Positions 1 through 9,556 of a DNA stretch of 64,000 bases are shown in pieces. The number at the start of each line of letters is the position of its first letter. Position 1 is the stretch's first letter. The position numbers and the translations under genes are program-made. Origin of the DNA: Diplonema japonicum (lineage: Eukaryota > Protista > Euglenozoa: Diplonemea); the NCBI GenBank assembly GCA_964019335.1, contig OZ025679.1, forward strand, positions 434,001-498,000, read 5' to 3'. Under the pieces are notes generated by a model, which saw only the letters and a program-made list of their open reading frames with translations, ran no database searches and was not told where the DNA came from.

Positions 1-1650
1 ACGGTGAAACGGAGGTTGTTGAAGGGCACAGAAGTAGGAGAGATGGAACTGTTGCTGCTGAAGCACAACATTAAAAAACTTCGAGATGACAGCAAAACAC
101 GCGAGGAGCACACAGGGCTGTTGCGGGTGGTGGACGAGCAGACCCCTGATGAGGCACGTGACGAGGAGGAAGTGTGTGCTAAGCTGCAGGAGGTGATCAC
201 ACGAAGAGAGGAAGAGCACCGCAGGACGGTCAACCTCCATTCAAAGCACAAGGAAGAAGAGCAGCGACTCAGGGGCGAGGAGCTCTCCTTTTGGCACACC
301 GAAGAGGGATTGGAGGCGGCTGCGAAATGCCTCACGGAAAACGAAAAATACAAACAGGCGGAGAAGGTCCTTGTTCCACAACCGCCACCTGCTGAAGACA
401 AGCAAGATGCCTCCCCGCATAGCACAGCGGTGGTCAGGGAGCACACTCCAGAGCCCCCACCACGTGACTACCACCTCGACCTCAGCAAGCTGGAGCCCAT
501 CGTGCAAGCTGGGCCGCACAAGAAGTCGCTCGACGCCGCCAAAACGCTCCTCAAGCAGAAGAAGCCTTCCAACACAGTGCGTTCTGTCTTCGAGGCACTC
601 TGCATCCTGCTAGGTGAGATCCCAACTTGGGAGAAGGCACTGCACCTCTCCACGACGTCGAACTTCTACTCAAGAATCTTGCATGTTGCAGAGAACCGAG
701 ACAGGGTATGCAACTGATAAATTCAACAACAAAAAGAAAAAAAAAAACAGATGCCCGACACTATGTTGCCTGCACTGCTGTCGTACATCCCGTTGCTACA
801 GCCGGAGAGAATCGCTGACAGCATGTGGGAGCTGGCGGCGTTGTCGAACTGGGTGCTGAGCTGCATTATGTATTTGAAGGTTTTGAAGGATGCTGGCGGC
901 CCTGAGGAGCTAGGGCGGGGGACAGCCGACGAGGAAAGCACAGCAATGGTGACACGTGCCCCTGAGAAAGGGGCCATCCGGGACATATACGGAAATGTGA
1001 GAAACGAGGACATGATGATCAAGAGCTTGAGAAAAGGCGGTGCGTACTCCGATCCGAACAGCGGGTACCTGAGCAGGGAGCAAGGCGTAGCACGGAGGGT
1101 GAAAGTCTGCGGGAACAAAGACCAGCACAAAAGGGTGATCAAAGACACATTGAGGGGGACTAAGGTGGTTTTAGATCCGTTAGACGCCAGCTGTCAAACC
1201 AGGGCAGTCGTCACACCCGCGGCCCTGCACCTAGGCCATCTTTATGAAGGGAATAAATACACCGCTGACCTGACCTTCACAAACACCGGACAGCTAGCTG
1301 TTCGGTTCATGGTGAAGAGAATGCAGTCTACTGTCCACCCTGGCATAGATAAAGTTATCCAGATCATTTACAAGCAAGGGCTCGTCGCCCCGGGCATGTC
1401 TTGCCGCCTTCAAGTAGTGCTCAATATAGACCGCCAGCTGCCCGACATCAATGAGTGCATTGTCGTCAAGTCCGAGGCTTCTATCTTTCAGGTTCCGATC
1501 ACGGCCACCATCCGCCCTGGGTCAGAGAACGGGTCTAATAAGGTTTGTTGGGGAAGAGGAGGGAAAAAAGAAAAAGAAAAAAAAACAAACAAACAGTTAA
1601 GCCCCGGTGTTCGCAACCTTGGCACCCTTAGACTGCCCGGCATTGTGTGA
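1..1650 (+). CDS. 5'-partial flagellar-type protein: coiled coil, dynein-stalk microtubule-binding-domain (MTBD)-like segment and C-terminal ASH/PapD-like domain (SPAG17/PF6 C-terminus-like). Introns 706-750 and 1543-1596
   Basis: A GT..AG intron at 706-750 joins ORFs 4-717 and 751-1650 in frame. The joined protein reads KKPSNTVRSVFEALCILLGEIPTWEKA...NFYSRIL...DR|MPDTML...LSNWV, an MTBD-like pattern. TPAALHLGHLYEG...TNTG...GLVAPGMSCRLQV...FQVPITATI is ASH-like. Confidence 0.7.
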
Positions 1651-1869
1651 ATACTTTTGCTTTTTTTTTTTTTTTTCTTTTTTTCTTTATATACGCCACC
1701 CTCATCTCCTTTTCTTGAGCGAAAGAAAAAAAAAAAAGAAGGAAAAAAAAAACTTTTTTTTTGTGTAAATGACAATGTCAGTTTTTGAGTTTTCTTTTTT
1801 TTTTTTTTTTTTTTTTTCGTTCATGTATATTTCACGACAGTTCGAAAAAAAAAAAAAAAAAAAAAGAAT

Positions 1870-2205
1870 ATGAAGCGAGTGGTAAGCGATGATGGGATGT
1901 GGGAGGTCGTAACCCGTGAGGATTCTACCCAGTTGTTTTATTGTGTTCAGACGTGTGTCAACAGCCCGTTGAGGATACCCGAAAAAACCACGGGTGGCGG
2001 GAACCGGAAAAGCATTTGGAAGGAGGTTCCCACGAAGGGCAGAAAGAGAAGTTCCAAAGATGACAAAGTCCTCCCCATTGAGCACACAGCTACCATATAT
2101 GGCATTCTGGCCAAACAGAAGTACACGAAAAAGAAGCCCTCTGCCCTTTCAGAGGGAACTGAAAAAGATGGTTTTTATTTGGTCCCGTCGTTCATGTGTT
2201 TATAG
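1870..2205 (+). CDS. hypothetical 111-aa protein
   Basis: ORF of mixed sequence between homopolymer tracts. The ATG follows the same T-tract/CAG/poly(A) leader layout seen at other genes. Confidence 0.45.
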   Translation: MKRVVSDDGMWEVVTREDSTQLFYCVQTCVNSPLRIPEKTTGGGNRKSIWKEVPTKGRKRSSKDDKVLPIEHTATIYGILAKQKYTKKKPSALSEGTEKDGFYLVPSFMCL

Positions 2206-2660
2206 GCATTTTTTTTTTTTTTTTTAATAGCATCTTGTGCCATAGAAAATGAGGGGGGAAAAAAAAAAAGAAAAATGTTTAAGTTTTTTTTTTCCCCCTC
2301 CCTCTTCTATCCTTGTTTATCTTTTAGAAAATGCTTCCTTTCTTTACGATAGCATGTGTGAAAAATTGGACGATACTATCTCTGGGTGAGTAGTGGAGTT
2401 GTTTAAAAAGAAGAAAAAGATACAGGAGAGGAAAGTCTTTTCTTCGGGAATACCGAAGGACTAGCTGGTGAGCGCGAAAACGCGACCTTAAATGTCTAGT
2501 TTTTTTTTTTTTTTTTTTCTGCATAGCATTTTTCCTCCCTCACCCTTAGATGAATATAGTAGTCACCCCCTAAGAACACTATAAAAAAAAAAAAAAAAAA
2601 CGAAAGAACATACCCTCTTAAAACAATACCTGCTTTTATCTTTTTCTAATTTTCTCATGC

Positions 2661-2695
<35 letters not shown>

Positions 2696-2729
2696 AGTAA
2701 CTCGGACTTTAGAAAATTTTGTGCAATAC

Positions 2730-2766
<37 letters not shown>

Positions 2767-3303
2767 TACACATCCGAATCACCTAAGAAAAAGGAGATCG
2801 TGGAAGCATGAGAAATGAAAAAAAAAAAATAAAAAAGGAAAAGAAAAAAAAAAAAAAAAGAGGCAAGTCAACAATAGCATCCAATTTTTGTTTCTTTTTT
2901 TTTTTTCCCATTTCCTTTTTTTAGCAGTTCTTTTTTTTTTTATAGTTTTTTTGAGGCGATCCTGTCACATACTGCAGGTTTCCTTGCATCGTTTTTTTTC
3001 TTCCCCCATTCTAAGATTTTTCCTCTCATGTTTTCTCTCCTTGTAAGTTTTCACTCCCGGAAAAAAAAAAAAAATGAAAAAGAATAAAGAAGAAAAAAAT
3101 AAAGGCGGTGTTGTTGGGGCTCCAGTTCCTGCACCTAAGCGCAGCGCCACCCCCCTGCCACCTTTTTCGTTCTCCCACATTTTCTTTTTTTTTTTTTCTT
3201 CTTTTTTTTTTTTCATTCTTTTTTTCAATAATACGATTGTTGATCCAGTGACACTCGTCACGTTGCGTCCTGTAAGCGAACGAGGGGGGAAAAAAAAAAA
3301 ATA

Positions 3304-3691
3304 ATGGGTACCTCCACATCAACGATGTCTGAGGTCGACATGGTTAACGCAGAGCTAAAGAAGAACGTTATAGTTGTATTCTCTACCTCAGGCTGCCCGT
3401 ATTGCCATCAATTAAGGGATCTTCTGCACAGCAGCAACTTGTCGCACCTGACACATACTATTCTTTTGGACAAAGTTCCTAATGGGGGCGACTACGGTAG
3501 CGGCCTGTTCCTCAAGACCGCAAAGAAGTCTGTTCCTCAGGTTTTTGTGGGGTCGGTCTTCATTGGGGGGTACACAGAGGTGCGTATATACATGTAAAAA
3601 AAAAACACACACACAGGCGAAACATTTTATCGAGAGCGGAGAGATGAAGAAAATGATTGCTGCAGTGCAAGCAAAGAGGTCCGGGAAATAG
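3304..3691 (+). CDS. dithiol glutaredoxin (CPYC), possible N-myristoylation (MGTSTS). Intron 3580-3616
   Basis: VVFSTSGCPYC, SVPQVFVG and IGGYTE motifs. Removing the 37-nt GT..AG intron gives the typical C-terminal helix AKHFIESGEMKKMI. Confidence 0.92.
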
Positions 3692-3876
3692 ATGACAACA
3701 ACAACAAAAAAAAAAAAGAAAAAAAAAAGAAAATGGGAGAAAGAATTCTAGCTTTTTCTCCATTTTTTTTTTTCCTCGTGTTCTGAAGGACACATTTCTT
3801 TTTTTTTTTTTTTTTTTGTTATGAATGCTCGCTTAAGATTTATTAAGAAACAAAAAAAAAAAAAAAAAAAAAAGAA

Positions 3877-4288
3877 ATGGGTACCACCGCAACAAAGCCC
3901 TCCGAGGTAGATATGGTGACCGAGGAGTTAAAGAAGAACGTAATCGTCGTGTTTTCCGGCACAAGGTGCCCTTGGTGCTACCGCCTGAAGGACCTTCTGC
4001 ACGCAAGCAGCCTGTCTCACTTGACACACACCATACTGCTGGACCGTGTGCCTAATGGAAATGACCTTGCCCATGGACTGAACCTCATGACCAAACAGAG
4101 AACTATCCCGAATGTGTTTGTAGGTGGTGTTCATGTAGGTGGCTACTCTGAGGTTTGTAATATTTTTTTTTTTTTTGTTGCCCCCATTTTTTTCTTTTTT
4201 TTCTTGACAGGTGGAACACCTCATCGGGACGGGCGAGCTGGAGAAAATGATATCCGCTGTACAAATCAAAAAATCCGAGCAGAAATAG
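3877..4288 (+). CDS. dithiol glutaredoxin (CPWC), tandem paralogue. Intron 4153-4210
   Basis: VVFSGTRCPWC and TIPNVFVGGVHVGGYSE motifs. The intron sits at the same codon as in the upstream paralogue. Exon 2 reads VEHLIGTGELEKMI. Confidence 0.92.
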
Positions 4289-4428
4289 GATTGAACGAGG
4301 GAAAAAAAAAGAAAAAAATCAGGAGGAAATCTAACCTCTCCTCGTGTTCTTTTTTTTTTTTTTTTTTTCACATCAAAAAAAAAGGGCTAAGGGAGTGACA
4401 GATATTAGGTGAGAGCAAAAGGAAAGGT

Positions 4429-4453
4429 GGGGAGTCTCACAAAGACCTCCTTT
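4429..4453 (+). repeat. isolated 3'-tail stem-loop of the LINE family seen at 16874-18490
   Basis: GGGGAGTCTCACAAAGACCTCCTTT matches 18460-18484 at 23 of 25 nt and contains a GTCT-cacaa-AGAC hairpin. Confidence 0.6.
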
Positions 4454-4501
4454 TATCCGGCAAGAATATAACAAGACGAAATTTGTTTCTTTTTTTTTTT
4501 T

Positions 4502-4538
4502 CCAACGATTCTAAAGCTACAGTTTCTGTACTTTATTG
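4502..4538 (+). other. spliced-leader (SL) exon sequence, Diplonema-like, lacking the first two nt
   Basis: CCAACGATTCTAAAGCTACAGTTTCTGTACTTTATTG versus the recalled Diplonema SL AACCAACGATTTAAAAGCTACAGTTTCTGTACTTTATTG (2 differences). It shares the ACAGTTTCTGTACT...ATTG core with kinetoplastid SLs. Confidence 0.88.
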
Positions 4539-6475
4539 GTGTCCGACTGTGCCAATAAAGTACCGTGAGGAGCTTCACCATTACCTACTACACCGACTCA
4601 AGTTCGAGCTGGGAGACGTGCCGGTGGCCGTGATGGGTGACTTCAACACGGACGAAACCCGTTCCGCCACGCTAAGGAGGGCTTTACAGACGGACTGGGT
4701 AGACGCCGCTGCATTCTGTGCTCGGAGGGATGGAGTGCAGGTAGAGAGCACGCTTGTCAGAACCAACTGCGAGTACGCGGGTGGATAGGGTACTGTTGAA
4801 CAACATCGCGGCCCAGGGGCTCGAACATTGTGGAGTAAACGAGGCTATCTCCGGGTCGGACCACCGATGCCTGTCGGTAACACTCAACATCCCAGCCTTA
4901 AGAGGGCACCCACCGGAGTAGCGGAGACACTGATGCAGAAGTCGAAATACCGTGAGTTCATTGCGGCGCAGAAGCCCACCGAAGCGTTCTCGGAGATAGC
5001 AGACCTCGCGGAGCAGTACCTACTACATGGATACGTGGGACCGGTGCGCAGCGTATACACCGGGAGAGGCAAGGTTCGGGAGCCTACGAAGTCGGAGCTG
5101 AGTGCGAGGTCTACGGGGTCGACAGTTGGGGCGGCAACAAATCGACAACAACGACTTGAGAAGTTGAAGCTCAAAATCCGAAGCGCAAAACAGCAAATGT
5201 TAAAGCTCTATGAGGGCGGGCACTGCGGGCCGCTCCCAGTAGAGGTACGGAACACACTCAGGAACATTACAACGTTGGGGGAAGAGCTGAAGGTCGAGTT
5301 CTGCAAGATCGACGCGGCAGGGAGTATTGATAGCATCAGGGGAGAGCTGGAAATAGCTAAAGACTACGCCCAGGGAATGTTATCGGAGCTGCTCCTACAA
5401 CGCAAGAACATGCAGGCGAAAGCATACGAACGTTCAATACGCTCAGACTTTGGGAAGGAGCGCAGACACATCACGGCCTGGGTCAGAGACCGCCCAAACC
5501 AGAACCCGCATGCAGGTACGAGTCAAAGGAGCGTCCCCCTGGCACCAGAAGGAGATGGCACCGAGGAAGACGGGGACAGCATAGACCACGTCCCAACGAC
5601 GGAAGTACCACGCACACAAGGGTTCAGGTGTGACCTGTGTGAGTCACCACACCCGGACACGGTAACCTTACTCCGCCATCAGCTCTACGAGTGTGCCTGC
5701 GCACGGACGAGCTGGCACAGGACGGTTTGGAACCGCTGCGCGACAGGACGGGATGGCCCCTGTGTCTTGAGCTACACGCAATACTGCCGAGAGGACATGC
5801 CTTTGCATACCTGGAAAAACTGCAACGATACTTGGCCGTGGTGGTTGAGAAGCGGGACGTGGAGCTCGTGCAGAAGGAGGACGTCAACACACAGCCGCTA
5901 CCGTGGGAACGAAATGTAGTAGGAAAGAGATGCCCCGTTCCGATAGCAGGCGAGCTCGAAGGAGTGAGTGGGGTCCTGTCCCAGTACCTGAACCCGCTGC
6001 TACAATGGTTGTCACAGCTGCGCTGGGTGGAGAAGGACACCACCTCGGAGGTGTCGGCGGTGGAGCTAGCCATTGACTTCGAATGGACGACCGGTAAATC
6101 ATTAGGAGGCCTGCTGGAAGATAGGGCACGCAGAATCAAGGCCCTAATCGTAAAGATAAACGCAGCGTGCAGGGCACGGAAGAAGCGACGCCCCTTCCCA
6201 GCGGATGAGCAGAAAAGGGTGAAGTCCCTCATCGCCATAGGAGGAAAGGCAGCTATAGGCTTCTCCAGGAGGCCCATTTTTGCTACCCAGTCCACGCACG
6301 ACAAGCTGATGGATTTGAAGGCCGCCTACAAGCGGGATCGCATCACTCGACTTCGCAAGACGCTCACAGCCACGATCGGGTTGAAAGCAATGCTCCAGAA
6401 GGGGAGTATTAACAGATAGACCCCCCCCCTCCCATAGGGCGGCCCTCTAGCGGGGGGCTTGTCCTGTACTTTGAG
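4502..6475 (+). mobile_element. decayed, internally deleted APE-type non-LTR retrotransposon (family A, copy 1) headed by SL plus an anti-SL hairpin
   Basis: Frameshifted APE/EEP endonuclease (VAVMGDFN ... TRVDRVLLN ... GSDH), then a linker, then a jump near 5490 to the C-terminal CxxC...HQLYEC zinc knuckle and SAVELAIDFE motif. No RT domain remains. The C-terminus and 3' tail are homologous to 15846-16850. Confidence 0.85.
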
Positions 6476-6748
6476 TTTTTTCTTCTCTTCTTCCTTTGTG
6501 TGTTCTCCTTTTTTTTTACCCCCACCCCACCCCCACCCACTCTTTTTCCTTTTACTGGACTGACGTTCAAAAAAAAAAATCAGAAAAAAAAAACCTTTTT
6601 TTTTTCTCGTGCCTTTTTTTTTTTTTAAAGTTTTTTTTTATACATTTTTTTTTTTTTAAATCCCCCGCAAACCATGAAAAGTTCCCCTCCCCCCCTTTTT
6701 TTTTTGGCGCACAGCCCAAAAAATACGGGGGAGACGAGAGAGAGAGAA

Positions 6749-8128
6749 ATGGATAGTAGCGTATCTTCACTAAACATGCTGAAGGCAAAACTAGCCGTCC
6801 TAGGGGTAGAAGGCATGGATGAAGTAAGAGGACGCCCTAAGGAAGGAAACCACCTAAGAATGGAGAAAAACCTGTGGAAAAAGCTCAGGTTCAGAGACGG
6901 CGGGGAGACACGAACAGTTCAACGATTCCACACAAGAAGAACATGCATACAAAAGAACGAGGTAACACAAGCAGGCACATTGGGAAACAGGGCTAACATA
7001 AGCGTTATGTTCAGTAGAATCCGGCTGCTGGTAGAAACTCTATGGTCAGAGCTCCACACCTCACAGGAAGAAAGGGGTCTCTTCGCGACACAGTATTACT
7101 ACCCGGAGACGATCGATAACTACAACCACATGTTTAGGGAGGTTCAGTTTCTGTGTAGAAAACGAGAAAGCGGGGAACACATCCTGACCCTTATCGACAC
7201 ACGTGAGGCGCTCCTCCGCCGTCTCAAGGTGCTTTGCGAAACCCCCGAAGTCAGTAAAATCGCGAAAACATCAGTCCACGAGAATGTCCTCGATGAAATC
7301 GTCAGCAAGGTCAACGAACTCCGCATCGCCACACACAACATCCTCACCTCTGTGTACGCAACACGGAAACGGATAGGCCTGGGCGCACCCGTTATATGGA
7401 AGAACATAAACTATTTTGATAAAATACAATCTGATGTGTCCGAGACCTGCAGCACCCCGGGGATTAGAAGTCTGTTTCTAAAATGCGGCATTGACGTCCA
7501 TCGCAACCCTTTCTTTCTCCCGTCTGGTGCTGTCGTCACCGCCAAACAGCGGAACTGGAAATCCGTTCTGCGCGGGTTCGACTCCATGTACTGCAGATCT
7601 GCAATGCCATGCACCGCCAGCACCCTGAGCATGGAGGAGGACGAGGAGGAACGGAAGAAGCGTCACCCCGTCCTCTCGCTGTCCAGCCTCGTCCCGACCC
7701 TGGAACGGAAGAACGTGAAGCTTGTCAACGCAACCCAGTTGATTTCCAGCGGGAGTGGACGGAACGTTTACAAATACCCAAGCTCTGTGTACACAACACC
7801 AGTACCGCCTTTTGAGACGTTGTTGGTGACGAGGCTTAAGAGGCTGTTGAGACCCAGCGTATGTCAGATACCACTGAGCAGGCTGGTGGAGTGCCACATG
7901 CTCGTCGTTTCGGAGAAGCCTGCGCTTGAGTGGTGGGCGACGCTGCTGTCGGCGTACCGCAAGGTGCGTGCCTTGTTGGTCGTCCGGCATTTCCTGGAGA
8001 GAAACAAACACCTTCAGATCGGCTTCACGAGCGAATACTCGCAGCGGGCACCCGCACACCTGCAGGGCGACACCGACAGCGATCAAAGCGATTTCGGAAG
8101 TTGCTCCACAGCGTCGTCTTCCGACTGA
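6749..8128 (+). CDS. hypothetical helical/coiled-coil protein (~459 aa)
   Basis: Long uninterrupted ORF. The ATG at 6749 follows a purine-rich leader. Confidence 0.75.
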   Translation: MDSSVSSLNMLKAKLAVLGVEGMDEVRGRPKEGNHLRMEKNLWKKLRFRDGGETRTVQRFHTRRTCIQKNEVTQAGTLGNRANISVMFSRIRLLVETLWSELHTSQEERGLFATQYYYPETIDNYNHMFREVQFLCRKRESGEHILTLIDTREALLRRLKVLCETPEVSKIAKTSVHENVLDEIVSKVNELRIATHNILTSVYATRKRIGLGAPVIWKNINYFDKIQSDVSETCSTPGIRSLFLKCGIDVHRNPFFLPSGAVVTAKQRNWKSVLRGFDSMYCRSAMPCTASTLSMEEDEEERKKRHPVLSLSSLVPTLERKNVKLVNATQLISSGSGRNVYKYPSSVYTTPVPPFETLLVTRLKRLLRPSVCQIPLSRLVECHMLVVSEKPALEWWATLLSAYRKVRALLVVRHFLERNKHLQIGFTSEYSQRAPAHLQGDTDSDQSDFGSCSTASSSD

Positions 8129-8286
8129 CGATTGTATTTTTTTTTTTTCCTCGTCTATTTATCCGAGCCCACCTGTTTATGGCATTTTGATGTGACACGC
8201 TTCATGTGCGGGGGGGGGGGGGGTAAAAATCTCTGTAAAACAACAACAAAAAAAAGGAGGGGAAGGGAGAATATAAAAAAAAAAGA

Positions 8287-9367
8287 ATGGCCTTCGACAA
8301 GGACCTCCACGTGAAGTACATCGAGTCCCTCGACAGGCAGACAGACACCTTCGAGTACTGGGTCACAGAGCACATTCGGATCAGCGGTGCTTACTGGGGG
8401 CTGAGCGGGCTGTTCTTACTGGGAAGGGAGGATGTGATGGATAAGGAGGGCATCGTAACACACGTGAAAAAATGCCAGCACGAAAGCGGAGGTTTTGGGG
8501 GAAACGTGGGCCACGACCCCCACATGCTGTATACGCTCTCGGCGGTGCAGATACTGGTTTTGTACGACAGCATGGAAGGAGTTGATGTGGATGGGATTGT
8601 GAACTGTATGTTCTAAAAATGAAAAAAAAAGAAATCCCCCTTTTAGATATCAAAGGCAACCAGCTTCCGGACGGGTCCTTCCAGGGCGACGAGTGGGGTG
8701 AGGTAGACCATCGGTTCACGTACTGCGCTTTCAACTGTTTGACACTTCTTGGAAGGCTTTCTGACATAGATATCGAATCGACAGTTCAATACGTCAAAAA
8801 AACCCTGAACTGGGATGGTGGCTTCGGAGTAGCTCCAGGACACGAATCGCATTCCGCATATATCTTTTGCTGCGTGGGTACCTTAGCTATCGCAGAGAGG
8901 TTGGATGAAATAAACGCTGACAAGTTAGCGTGGTGGTTGTGCGAGAGGCAGGTTCCAGACGGTGGGCTCAACGGCCGGCCTGAGAAAAAATCCGATGTGT
9001 GTTACTCATGGTGGGTCATCTCTGCGATGGCCATGCTTGGGAGGCTGCACTGGATTGATAAGGCATCTCTCATCTCGTTCATTCTGAAATGCCAGGACAC
9101 CCAAGGGGGCATCGGCGACAAGCCGGGGAACATGGCTGACGTCTTCCACACCTTCTTCGGTCTCGCCGGGCTCTCCCTCCTTGGTTTTGAGAACGACGGT
9201 GTTCCCCTGAACCCTATTGAACCGGTGTGATTTTGAAGAGGGGAAAAAAAAAAAAAAAAAAACAGATATTCGCCATGCCTCCCGCTGTTCTCGACCGTAT
9301 TGGGGTTAAGCAACGAACAGCACCACAGAGGACAACCGTCCCAAAGGGCACCCCGGGATGCCTTTAA
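8287..9367 (+). CDS. RABGGTB: Rab geranylgeranyltransferase (GGTase II) beta subunit. Introns 8606-8646 and 9225-9265
   Basis: EHIRISGAYWGL, GGFGGNVGHDPHMLYTLSAVQIL, DGSFQGDEWGEVD, GGLNGRPEKKSDVCYSWW and DVFHTFFGLAGLSLLG motifs. Both introns restore conserved sequence (VNYIKG; IEP-IFAMP). Confidence 0.95.
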
Positions 9368-9556
9368 GATATTTTGTTTTTTTTGGATGAGGAAGGACGA
9401 GGGAAAAAAAAAAAAAAAAAAAAAAAGTGTGTGCGTTTTTTTTTTGTCTTTCTGTTTTACCTAGCCACCCGCTTCCTATTTTTTTTTTGTACCCCCTCCT
9501 TATCTGTTTTTTGTAATCCACAAAAAAAAGAAGGGAAAAAAAAAAAAGAATAAGAA

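Noticed and set aside
4502-4620. A functional SL RNA gene
   Set aside because: It is not in a tandem array, lacks the first two SL nt, has a T-tract instead of a promoter region upstream and runs directly into endonuclease coding sequence.
6464-6472. CTGTACTTT at the 3' end of LINE copy 1, matching SL 4526-4534, as a target-site duplication
   Set aside because: It is only 9 nt, has no counterpart at copy 2 and could be chance.
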